A stretch of DNA of 64,000 nt from Antedon mediterranea (taxonomy: Eukaryota > Animalia > Echinodermata): positions 20,779,045 to 20,843,044 of the forward strand of contig NC_092680.1 in the NCBI RefSeq assembly GCF_964355755.1, in the 5' to 3' direction. A program made the translations under genes and the position numbers. The notes beneath the pieces were generated by a model. That model worked only from the letters and a program-made list of their open reading frames with translations. It was not told the origin of the DNA and did no database searches. Shown here piece after piece: positions 13,617 to 26,643 of the stretch (position 1 is its first letter; each line of letters begins with the position of its first letter).

Positions 13617-16600
13617 CTATTCTAACTTTTCTGCAGCAACAGTCATATTATTCTTTTTCAAATGTTCGATAAATGACAGCAACCTGTCTTCCCTTAGGAT
13701 GCCTCTCTGTTCAAGATCTAGAATCACAATCCACTGGTTTTCACGTTGTTTCCTAGAAACATTATTTAGATGGATGAGCGTTGTTACATTGTCTTGGGAA
13801 AGCGTATTGCCGAAATCTATCAACTTCTGTCGGTACGTTGTAACAGTTGTTACATGATGATCGGATTCATCGAACGCGTTCTTCAGATATTTGTTATCCT
13901 CAAGAGCACCTTTGGTACCGGTGACATTGATGATATCGATAAGAACTTTAAAGTTGGTTACGTGAAGATGACCAGCCTTTTTCAATAAATTAAACAACTC
14001 CATGGTGGTGTCAGCCTTCTGTAGAGCATTGTAAGGCGTTATCAGATCTTTGCACAACACCTTCAGCATATCAAGTGAGTCATGCTCATCATACCAATTC
14101 GATACTTGTACCAACATTGTTTGAAATTTCTCCTTTGATGATTCTTTAAAAAAGCAATGAATAAGTAAAAACACAATATTTTTTCTAAAATATAATAGTT
14201 AATTATATCTCAACCGTAATAGTAATAGTAAATAATAATTGTTGACTATTTTTTATTTTTTAAAGGTATTCAGTTAAAATATATACAATAATTATGTACA
14301 ATATGTATTATATGGATGGAAATTAGAAGAAAATAATATTAAATGTCTGGTGTTTTTAAATTTTCTTTTTAATAACACATGTATATTGCACCAATAATAT
14401 TAATGCTCAGTATATCACTGGGTGGTTTAGAGTTTCTTATATGCCTATTAATATATAAATATAAACATAGTTACCTCCAAATGCCCTTGACAAAGACTCT
14501 GACACTGACTCTGGCTGTAACATTGGCTCTGGCTCTGACACTGACTCTGGCTGTAACATTGGCTCTGGCTCTGACACTGACTCTGGCTGTAACATTGGCT
14601 CTGACACTGACTCTGGCTGTAACATTGGCTCTGACTCTGACACTGACTCTGGCTGTAACATTGGCTCTGGCTCTGACACTGACTCTGGCTGTAACATTGG
14701 CTCTGGCTCTGACACTGACTCTGGCTGTAACATTGGCTCTGACTCTGACACTGACTCTGGCTGTAACATTGGCTCTGACTCTGACACTGACTCTGGCTGT
14801 AACAGTGGCTCTGGCTCTGACACTGACTCTGGCTGTAACATTAGCTCTGGCTCTGACACTGACTCTGGCTGTAACATTGGCTCTGGCTCTGACACTGACT
14901 CTGGCTGTAACATTGGCTCTGGCTCTGACACTGACTGTAACATTGGCTCTGAAGTTGGATTTGAATAATTATAATAAGTAAATATAAGAATATGTAAAAA
15001 AAGGAAAGAAAATTGCATAATATAATAATGACAATAATTATGATGAAGTAATTTGTATGACAACGAGCAAGTACAGACTTACCGGTCAAAAAAAATCGCT
15101 TGATATGAGCAGTATTCATATTCGTCCTTCTTCCACATGGAACAGAATCATTTTTCAAACACTTGTCAAGATCAATTAAGTGATACTCTTTTGGGTTACA
15201 AGCAGTGCATAACACACGTAGATTGTAGCCAATGCCCTCGTAGATATTGCAAACAGTTTTCAGTTGCTCCTTTAAATAGCTTAGTACCTAAAACATAAGA
15301 TTGATGTGTTTACAGTATTTATAGATTTATATTACATATTACAGGATAAGTTTGTACATAACACATAGATTGTAGCCAATGCCCTCATATATATTACAAA
15401 TAGTTCTCAGTTGCTCCTTTAAATAGCTTAGTACCTAAAACAAAGATTGATGTGTTTACAGTATTTATATGACAGGATAAGTGGATTACCTCCATGCAAA
15501 CACTTGGTTCTGGTTTAAATATCAACTTGGTTTTTTTTCCATCACCTACTATAGACTGCACAACTTCAGTCCTGCGCAATATTTCAAGCTGCCAAAAAAC
15601 AAAATGTATTCATTAACAAATGTAATAGCCCATCCTCTGATTTTATACTCTATACACATTTGAACATATTTGCATGGTAGGGGCATGGTGATCAGATTAA
15701 AATGTTATATATACTATTGTTACCTAAATGTTATGCTTTTTCTTTAAATAAAAATGTTATAGAACAAATAGTAATCAAATTCATACCTTTAATGCATGTG
15801 GTTTTTCCTTTTCATGGTAAATTCTGACAGAGCCTAAACTGACAGTGTGATTACTAAATTTGAAATCACTACGATTACGGAACACTTCTGAATCATCACT
15901 ACCCTTTTCAGTCATCAATTCCAGGAATGCAACAACCAACGTGTTGTACACAGCATCAGGAAGAAAGTCTGTCGGAGTCAGATAAATTGATACCGTTTGT
16001 GTGTCATCTGCTTTGACTTTCAGAAAGTCTTTTTTGTCAACTTTCATTCGGCAGGGAACCAGGAATACCCGATTACCTTCTTCAATTCCCTGTTAATTTA
16101 AACATCACAATTACACATAAATTGGTATAAGTGATTAGTAAGAGCTTAATCAAAGAAACGATTAAAAGTTTATAGTTATTTACCAACCTTTGTCTTCTCA
16201 AAGAGCAAACGAAAAACTTTCATCAATTCTACAAAGACATCAAAGAGATCTTCATCTTCGTTTCTCCACAAATAACATAGTAACTTTTCCTCAAGAACTC
16301 CTTCATTACTAAGCTTTTCCCATAGCATCTGTAATTGCTTCCGATCTTCTGCTTTCTTCTGTGTACAAAACACACAGTAAAATAGATGTTATAGACCTAC
16401 TGATGAGTTAAAGCAACCAATATAATACCAAGTTTCAAAAACTACATTAAACAGGGTCATATTATTTTACTCATGTGAAATCTAGTATAATATATAATAT
16501 TCCATGCCTATATATACCTACCACTTTAATAGTTGGTGTAACTACTGTGATAACTTTTGTCAAAATTTTAATCATCCAGAGAAGATTTGTTATCACAATG

Positions 16601-19600
16601 TTTCTTAATTTCTCATTAGTGCCGGTATACAAGATTATTCCAGTGTCATTCAGATACATTATCACAGTGGTGAGTACATGTTTGGATATATTACATTGAG
16701 TTGCTATCTCAGATACCTTTAAAACACAAATGACATTTTAATAAAATGCTATTATACTAAATTATCTGACAAACAAATTTAGCATTAGTAAATACAGTAA
16801 CAATGTTTTCTCCCAACTACAAGTCATATTATGCTTACATCAGGGAGTCTTATTTTACAACTAACTGGCTTCCATTAACTATTTGGGAATCTATTCGTTT
16901 TCATTTATTCGTTTATTCGTTTTGTTTATTCAATAAATATTCTCCACATATATTAAAAATACATACGAATAATACATATAAATAATAATAAAAAGTGAAG
17001 TACAGAGAGATTAGCCTATAGGAAGGTTAGCCTATACAAAGAGTCAAGTTTACTGTTTTGAATACATTGTTTTACATGACACTATAATGACAGCTGTTTT
17101 TAATGTGTATATTATTTTTGATCTGTATTTAATTGGATTTGTGTTGTTGTAGAAAAATGTTTTTGTGTTGAAAACCAAATTCAAACCTTACCTCAGTTAA
17201 GGTAATGCTTAATCTTGTTTTTCCAATTATTTGCAACTTTTCCTGTAACTCAACCCACTTTACAGGAACTTTTCTCACCATTTCCTTCATATGTCTACCA
17301 ACGTTTCTCTTAAGTTTTATAATGCCTTCATGTGACTTTACAGTGTTATCCACCATGTACATTTCACGATCTACATGCTTGGCATACGGCATTCCTTTCA
17401 TTGCATCAAACATCTGCATGAACATCTCCTCAGCCTTTATTTGACGAAATTGTATAATCATAAATTTACTAAATAATAAAATATGTTTGTTTTCTATCTT
17501 ATACTACAAATCTGTTGAGCATATTGCAGGTTTAGTTTTGTTGAATAGTTATATAAATGTATACTACAGTTATTACCTTCATCTGCTTTTCTAATTTTGT
17601 GCCTGACAATTTGTCCATATGGGTAGCAACCAAACAGATAGGAGGTGACTCTATGCTTTTGTCATCAACAAAAACGGGGTTTCCTGAACCATGTTGTAAC
17701 ACAGTATGTTCATAAATAGACCTTACCCAGAAAAAATTCATGTCCAAATTAGTCATACCAAGCGATTCCTGAAATCAAATATGAATAATCAAAAAAGGAT
17801 ATTGAAATTACAATTTAACTCATTTGTATTAAACAAAATTGCTAAATAATACATTTTACTTACTATTGTTGAATCTCGTGGATTAGCTAGTTCATTCAAG
17901 TTGTCCATGACATTAAATGTAACACAGTATGATACTTTATTTGTGAGGAAAAACTGAAAAAAGTTAAGGGACCATTTACCTTTTCTTTATCTTAATTCCT
18001 TATTGTAATATTTACCTGATTCGTTATAACTATCTGTGGATGTCATAATGGTAAAAATGGTTAAATTTGTTTGGTTTTTTAGTCAGTACCATGAGAAAAT
18101 TGTGCACATATGCAGTAATTTAATTTAATAACTGAATTTTATAATAAATTTCTAAAAATGCCGACATTTTTAGAAAGAAATGTCACTGATATCAGATACA
18201 CCGTACTAGTCTACAATATTACATTATATCGAATAGTAATATAGTGGTAGTACTTTACAGAATAAGTAATTACGTATTCTTTAAAAAAAGCTTTCATGTA
18301 CAAAACATACTTATTCAGGTGAAGGTTAGAATAATATATAAATGCATAAAGTTTGTAAAAATGGTATTTGGGTAAGAGAACACAGATTTACTCTGGTGGT
18401 CCTCCATAAATTTAACTTATAGGCTTACATTGTTTGTTACTACTTTCTATTTAGGTCTAGAATAAATTATAATAACGGAAGTGAACAGATGCAATTACTT
18501 GTATCTATATTAATACCCAAATAAGAAAAATCTAGTTTTAAATTCCAAAATTTCTCTTATGAATGTAATAAAAATGCCCCAAAATAAACATACCCTGTGT
18601 GTTATGTAGTAGTCTAGTTGACCAGCATAGTCCCATATACTAGTTATGTCACTCACATTTGCTTTTTCTTTTCCAATTATTTTCATCCAAATATTCAAAA
18701 GTTGACCCACAATTGTTGTATCATTGCTTTCTAAAACAAAAATTATAATATTTGTCTTTAATTAAAGACTGTGTGTATATGAAACCCACAAAATAGATTG
18801 ATCAATCTGTGTTGTAAATCTGCAGATGATTTTAGAATGATTTTTTAATTCAGTAGTCTGTGCCTACCTTTCCCTAATTTCTTATCCACATTTTCTGCTA
18901 ATGCATGTGCACGTACTTTCTTGGATAACTCAACACCTTTACAAAGCAAGACAAAAAAGCATGATCATAGACAGAGTGGTTACGAGTTAGAGAAAGAAAT
19001 ACAAATAGTAGGACCTACATTTAAAATAGAAATAAATAATTCATTCCTTTTAAACTTTGATGTAATGGGGTGCAAATTTATGGAATTGGTGCAATATTTC
19101 TAAAGACTTCATAATTTAAAAATAGAAAATATTTTAATTAAATTTAATGTAGAGTATATACATACACATTCTTTCTAACATTGTTCAATCTGTCTGTCTT
19201 TATACTATGTATGTAACTGAACAATGCTTTTTTTATTTGTTAAAGTTACGAGAGTTTGTTTGATGCTGACTCACCATCTACATCTGTCACTTCGTTCCAC
19301 GTACTACAATCCTCCGTTGTTGCTTGAAAAACTGTAGTTGTTACGATACCATCTGTTGATGGCTCTCTGGAATTAAACCTATTATAATAATGTATGGTAA
19401 AGTGAAACATTATCATGATTTTAAAATAATCAAGACATATATTATTTACTGAAAAAACAGAAACTGTATAAATAATAAATTAAATAATCATTGTATAGTT
19501 TACTTTTGTAGAACTATATGCATTTAATAGTAAAAAAATCATCTAAAAATTCAATTAAATCTTCAATTCAACAGGAAATAATGTTTATTTGAATAAACAA

Positions 19601-22600
19601 ACAGGCTTTCTATCAAAGTACTATCATTACTCATAGCGGTTATTTTTTACCTTTCACCAAGCATAGCCTTTACACAACTAGTCTTGCCAGCACCCTCTTT
19701 CCCAAGAAACATACATCTTGAATTCACAACTGAAATCTCACCATTTTGAAGCTCATCTTTGTATATTTTAATAGCATCTTTACCCTTGGAATATACTTCT
19801 GCTGGAACTAATAATTCTAATATAAAAATATCAATATAACATTTTGAAAATTTCAAATTTGAAATTCACTTTTTTATTCACACATAACATCAGCATACAA
19901 GATTAACATCTAAATCTAAATTATTTATCAATGTCTATTAATAGACATTGATAAATAATTTAATTGTTGTTTTAATATTTTTTATGTATTGTTCCGCAAA
20001 ACATGAAAAATGAAGATTGATAAAAAGCCATTATGTAGTTTTAATCAAGTTATTTCCTGAACAGTCACAATGACATCCCACAGACAATTTGACTTTGAAT
20101 AAATTTCAAATACTGTAAATGATTGCGTTCTTCGGTTACATTTTTGGTCAAAGTAAATAACTACCATATTTACCATTGGAATATACTGCTGGAACTAATA
20201 AATCTAATATTTATATCATTATCAAATTTAAAACCATGTCAAATAATGTTTTATTGTTCATAAAGAACCTCTTACAAGATAAAAATATAAACTTACTGTC
20301 AAAGTAGATTGCAATCTTGTTTTTTTCTTTTTCACTGATGTATGCATTTTTTTCTAAAATATTCACTGGTGTGTTTCCTTCCTATAAACAATTAATTAAT
20401 ATTTTAGTTTAGTATTAAGAAATAATATGAATTGATATTGGCTACTGAGCGGTACATAATCCAGACACCCATATCAAAAACAATCAAAAATCACTATTCT
20501 GTAGTGTATTCTAATAATGTGTAAAAGAGAAACTGCTAGTATGGTTGATATACAGACCCTACACCATTAAACCAATGGTGATTTCATGCTATCTCAAAGT
20601 CAGATTAAATAGCAAACTCCTTTATTGTATTTATTTATTATTAATATTAGTAATAGTAAAGCAATTTTACAAATGAATAACCATTTCAAAACTCATATTA
20701 TCAATTTTTTATAAATATATTGGTATCTTTATCTTTATAAAAACATAGTGGTAAGGTTGTTAGGCACCCTTTCCAAATCTATTCGTGGTACAACCAAAAT
20801 TTCCATATCTCTTCACACTACAATTAAGTTGTAAGTATGGGTGTGTGGAATTTAGTTCTTTCTTTTCTATTGGAAAGGAAATCGGCAAGCCATTGCATGA
20901 TACAACCATACAAAAGTAAGAAGTCTACTGTATAAAGGCAATGCGATGCGATGAGTGAAATAATCAATTTATGGTACATTTTTATATATTTTATGGTGTA
21001 AATTATGTTATTTGCTTTTTGTTGTTATTATATTACAAATAGTTAAAGACTAAAAGTAGAACAGAAAAAATCTTTATATAATTATAATAATTATGAAGTT
21101 TTAAAAAAAACTAGATAAAAGATTTTTCTGACACATTAATAATTATACATTTTACTCTGTTAGGTTTACAATATATACTATATATTATTCATATTATGAT
21201 ATTATACCATTCTCAATGCAGTAATTAATCCTAATTACAGTATTTTTAATGATAAACTAGACACAAAAAGTGATTAATTGATTATCATTATCATGAGTGA
21301 GAAAAAAAATATGGTTACAGTTACTGTAACCATATTTTATAGTAAGTATACTGTATGTATTATTCAGATAATTATATGACTAGAATTGACTGGCCAAAAC
21401 GCCTCAGATGCTATCTCCGGCCGTCTAGAAAAAAAATTTTGGACCCGGACCCCCCTAGACGATTATTTTCTCATATCGGCCCCCTCTTTATCAAAATCCT
21501 ATATGGATAACAGCTATATAACAACCAATAAATGTATAGCAAAACACATCTCATCACAAATGGTAAAGTATACTGTGTGTATTCTCTTGCAACTTAATCC
21601 TGTAGTAAATTTGTTGCAGTTAAGTTCATTATAATTTACATCATTGTCTACGTTTGTTACAGTATCTTATAGTAATTTATACAATCTTATGAATCGTTAT
21701 ACCTAGTCTTAAAAATAATTGCATTTTGAAATGAGTAAATTATTTCTTTTTTGTTAATCCAATACAAGAAAACAAATAAGTATGTAATAAGTATGTGTAA
21801 ATGTGTGTATGTATAGTGTCATACAGTAATTGTGTATTATTGTAAATAAAACAATTACCTTATTTTGCAATGACAATGATGCACCATGCTGTTGTATGAG
21901 GAATTCCACTATTTCCAAGGTACAATATCTATTACTCACATACAAATGAAGTGGAGTGTCTCCATCCTTGATAAACAAAATCGTAATCATAAGTTCAATA
22001 ATATTGATAACAGCTATATAAGTAATTGATAAGTGCTAAATAGACAACCAATAAATGTATAGCAAAACACATCTCATCACAAATGGTAAAGTATACTGTG
22101 TGTATTCTCTTGCAACTTAATCCTGTAGTAAATTTTTTTTTTTTTTTTTTTTTTTTAACCATATTTAATGAGGGTGATCCATCCAGCTGTTGCTGATCAT
22201 TAGGGACCCTCAGAGGTTCACAAGACAAACATATACACAAGATGCTCTACATAAACAAAGTCTTATTACAAGTCTTTGGGAGTGGGGTAATTTGGTCCTT
22301 AGAAAAAATCCTGACATGTGACGGGACTTGAACCCAGGATCATTGGAGTGGTAGACAAGCATCATAACCACCAAGCCACAACTCCACTGTTGCAGTTTAA
22401 ATTCATTATAATTTACATCATTGTCTACCTTTGTTACAGTATCTTTACATAGTAATTTATACAATCTTATGAATAATTGTTATACCTAGTCTTGAAAATA
22501 ATTTCATTTTGAAATGAGTAAATTATTTCTTTTTTGTTAATCCAATACAAGAAAACAAATAAGTATGTAATAAGTATGTGTAAATGTGTGTATGTACTGT

Positions 22601-24580
22601 CATACAGTAATTGTGTTTTATTGTAAATAAAACAATTACCTTATTTTGCAATGACAATGATGCACCATGCTGTTGTATGAGGAATTCCACTATTTCCAAG
22701 GTACAATATCTATTACTCACATACAAATGAAGTGGAGTGTCTCCATACTTGATAAACAAAATCATAATCATAAGTTCAATAATATTAATAACAGCTATAT
22801 AAGTAATTGATAAGTGCTAAATAGACAACCAATAAATGTATAGCAAAACACATCTCATCACAAATGGTAAAGTATACTGTGTGTATTCTCTTGCAACTTA
22901 ATCCAGTAGTAAATTTGTTGCAGTTAAGTTCATTATAATTTACATCATCATTGTCTACCTTTGTTACAGTATCTTTACATAGTAATTTATGCAATCTTAT
23001 GAATTGTTATACTTAGTCGTGAAAATAATTTCATTTTGAAATGAGTAAATTATTTCTTTTTTGTTGATCCAATACAAGAAAACAAATAAGTATGTAATAA
23101 GTATGTGTAAATGTGTGTATGTACTGTCATACAGTAAGTGTATAATAGTGAAAAAAATTACCTTATTTTGCAATAATAGTGATTTACCATCGTGTACGAG
23201 GCATGCTATCAATATTTCTGAGGTAGGTTCTGTATCATACAACGACAAATACAAATGAAGTGGAGTGTTTCCATCCTTGATGAACAAAATCATAATCATA
23301 AGTTCAATAATATTGATAACAGCTATATAAGTAATTGATAAGTGCTAAATAGACAACCAATAAATGTATAGCAAAACACATCTCATCACAAATGGTAAAG
23401 TATACTGTGTGTATTCTCTTGCAACTTAATCCTGTAGTAAATTTGTTGCAGTTAAGTTCATTATAATTTACGTCATTGTCTACCTTTGTTACAGTATCTT
23501 TACATAGTAATTTATGCAATCTTATGAATTGTTATACTTAGTCTTGAAAATAATTTAATTTTGAAATGAGTAAATTATTTCTTTTTTGTTAATCCAATAC
23601 AAGAAAACAAATAAGTATGTAATAAGTATGTGTAAATGTGTGTATGTACTGTCATACAGTAATTGTGTATTATTGTAAATAAAACAATTACCTGATTTTG
23701 CAATGACAATGATGCACTATGCTGTTGTATGAGGAATTCCACTATTTCCAAGGTACAATGTTCATACCACAAATACAAATGAAGTGGAGTGTCTCCATTC
23801 TTGATAAACAAAATCATAATCATAAGTTCAATAATATTGATAACAGCTATATTAGTAATTGATAAGTGCTAAATAGACAACCAATAAATCTATAGCATAG
23901 CGTCATTTCATACAAGTGTTTTTTGTAAAAAGGAAACGTTCTCTGTAAATCTAAACTATGCATAATGTATGATTCTTTTTATATACCTCATCAGTAGTTT
24001 TTAAAATATCTGGATGTTCCCTGCAAATGCGTTCAATTTTCTTCAAGTCCCCATTACGCATAGCTTGTTTCAACTCGTACCTGTCAAAATGCAAGAAATA
24101 ATGCATTACTGTATTACCAGAGATTTGATGAGAATAACAGTTCATTATAATAATATTTATAATTTTATAAGAAAATCGTACCCTAGTGTTTTTTTAAAAT
24201 TTTAATCTTGTAAATAATTATGTATGTTTACACTTAATTCAGCCAAGGATGTTTTTCAGGCACAGCCATAAATAAAATTATAAACACAAAAGAAGGAAAC
24301 CATTAAAAATATAATAATGTAGGTTAGTAAACTCATTTTACATTGTTTTTCAATTATTATACTTCTTATACATTTCAGAATGAATATCTAGATGGTGGAT
24401 TTATAATAAAATTTAAAAATCCGTCCGTTTCACTTATTCTGATTAGTATAAAATGAAATTCAAGTTTAATTATTTCTATATTTTTTAATGTTAGTGTATA
24501 CATCGAGTCTGCTTGATTTGAATTAAAAAATAAAAACAAAATAAAACAACATACCTAGTATACCACAGAATTGAAGACAT
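13617..24580 (-). CDS. ROCO-family protein: ankyrin repeats, Roc GTPase, COR, Pro/Glu/Ser linker, tandem DED-like domains (multi-exon)
   Basis: Phase-compatible GT-AG exons (approx.): 24555-24580 (MSSILWYT), 23987-24080; ANK 23692-23799, 23162-23275, 22640-22747, 21859-21966; 20297-20381; Roc 19651-19816 (VPAEVYSKG..GKEGAGKTS P-loop), 19275-19378 (STDGI), 18868-18936, 18594-18730 (WDYAGQ), 17864-17953, 17577-17768 (LVATHMD); COR 17192-17434, 16520-16716, 16188-16358, 15787-16089, 15490-15588, 15083-15287; linker 14475-14948; last exon 13617-14143 with two DED-like helical units and TAG. Confidence 0.88.
14475..14948 (-). repeat. Coding minisatellite exon, 36/30-bp unit (PESVSEPEPMLQ)n, ~13 copies
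   Basis: 474 nt between TTCAG and G|GTAAC, phase 1-1, open in frame with the flanking ROCO exons. Confidence 0.75.
21385..21505. mobile_element. Fragment of a DNA-transposon/MITE end at the edge of the ankyrin cassette array
   Basis: GC-rich island AAAACGCCTCAGATGCTATCTCC...GGACCCCCCTAGAC...CCCCCTCTTTATCAAAATCCT resembling common non-autonomous element termini. Confidence 0.4.
21505..23897 (-). repeat. Tandem array of ~500-528-bp exon+intron cassettes, each carrying one ankyrin-repeat exon (4 exons)
   Basis: Marker ATAACAGCTATAT recurs at ~21507, 22007, 22788, 23316 and 23840; intronic parts are near-identical. Confidence 0.95.
22133..22387 (-). mobile_element. Young tRNA-derived SINE with poly(A) tail
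   Basis: Minus strand has A box TGGCTTGGTGG, B box GGTTCAAGTCC and a ~25-nt pure A tail. Absent from sister cassettes, whose empty site is GTAAATTTGTTGCAG. Confidence 0.85.
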
Positions 24581-24984
24581 ACTGCATCTACATTTACCTT
24601 TAATCGTGTGTCAATGACTAGAAAAAAAAAATAGGAAAGACAAGGTGAACATTTAATCTCTTCTGATAAAACTCTTTTTTTAACTCTTTTCTTTTTCTGA
24701 TTTTCTCTCTGAATATATTCTTCTCTGGGTACTTTTTAGGCATCAGTTTCAGGGTTCAAATTGTTTTACTTTATAATCAATTATTTTTTATTATCAATAA
24801 CACTAATTGTTTAGGGTTACTGATTATTAGTTTTTGCTAGATTGACCACATAAATAAATATTAACAAATAACTTTTGTCATAGGCCTACTGAATCAAACC
24901 AAAAAGCAATACAATAACTACTACTGTCTGTAAGTAACCTTTAGTATGGTACAAAAGAGGTACTATATATCCTTTCGTCTAAAT

Positions 24985-25158
24985 GCCAATTTACACAGAC
25001 GAGTGGTAACGGTAATAAAAATATAGAATCTTTGTTATTCCTTTTGATCATTTACCACAACGCGGAGTGGACGGGCGGTTTCCGTTCAGGATATATTATA
25101 CGTTGGACAAGCTACGCGGTTTTCCGTTTACCGTCACCGTTTGTCTGTGTAAATTGGC
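24985..25158. mobile_element. MITE, PIF/Harbinger-like
   Basis: TIR GCCAATTTACACAGAC / GTCTGTGTAAATTGGC in TAA/TTA context, ~400 bp upstream of the ROCO ATG. Confidence 0.75.
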
Positions 25159-26643
25159 CTTAATAGTACTCGATACTGAAATAGTGTATCGGACTCTTGT
25201 TAACAAACAATAGGCCTGTATTACCATCGTGTAAAGAATGACTGTACTGGTATTTGAAAAAATGTACCAACAATTTAACTACTATTATGCAACAGAAAAA
25301 CTTACATATAATTACTGCACTTTCAGTAAAACTGTGTTACTTTTAAAAACTATTATTTTATACTTACATAACCACTGTTCAGGTAGAAACATTTACATAA
25401 TAGTCATGGCGACAGAACCCGTCTCCTGGTGTTACTGATGAACTTTAGACTTTACTTTGGCTACAGTAAACTTTTATCTTAGGTAAAGATAAATAAAACA
25501 TATTGTCTACAACTATAAACACCATGTTTACAAAACTTGAGGACTCAAGTTTTTATGTAATTCACACATACAATTTTTTACCTTGCCTGATCACCTGAGG
25601 GTACAGTTATAATGTACAAAAAACCTAATGATAAAAAATCTGTTTTTGTCAAATTTGTCATTTATACCATCTTTAAACAAGACCCTATTTCATTTCTTCT
25701 GCTGTAAAAAAAGATTTTTATTAGCATTAAAAGTGTAAAATAAAAGTAAAGAAATTAAAACATTAAACCATTACAGTATAATGGGAATTTTGTTTAGGAG
25801 GGGATGGGGGATATTTTTTATTTTTGAGGGAGGGGAATAGTTCTTTGAAGAGAGTTTTTGTTTGTTATTGTAGGCCTAATGCACACATAATAATCAATAA
25901 TAATGACTACAAATACAATTAATATCAAGTGATAAAATACAGTAACAATTTTATTGTAAAGTTATAGATAATCTACTCATTAATTTCACTGATACAAATA
26001 GAAATGTGTTTTTAACAAATATATTTTGCAGAACATCGAGCTAATAAAGGAATACTGTCCCATACCTGAGGAACACATTAGCAATATTAGCACATTTATA
26101 ATTTAATTCTGGAAGGTACTGTATATAAGATTGTATTATATTAATGCTACAGTTGTTTTGTGTTTTCAATGTAAACTAGTACATAATACATGTAGTTTTA
26201 ACAACTTACAAAAGCCTTTAGAGCAGTCACAATGATAATTTTTTTGTTCCAATTTCTGATTGTGTGAATAAAAATGTAGTAGGTATACAGTAACAACAGA
26301 CTACAAAGGTCTGTTCTTATTACTTTACACAAATATTCAAGAGTACTATAATTCACCATTATTACACTTGCATTGCATTTTCTATCATATGTGGTTCTAT
26401 AAAGTTGTTTTTTTTTGCTTAGATTCGGTCCCCATAAAAATCTTTCTGTTCTTTTGAGATAGGTTTATTGTGTAAGTTGCTTTACCAGTTTATGTTAACA
26501 TGACCTATAGTTGGCACACACACATGCTTGTCTGTTTTATTTTTCTGATAAATCATATCATAGCCTATTCAATTCCAATAAATAGATAGACAGACACTAC
26601 CATGGAATCCATTGTAATCTATTTCATAATAAGAAGTGTAAAT

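Noticed and set aside
14379-14981. Plus-strand (TLTLAVTLALAL)n hydrophobic ORF
   Set aside because: Antisense shadow of the ROCO linker exon.
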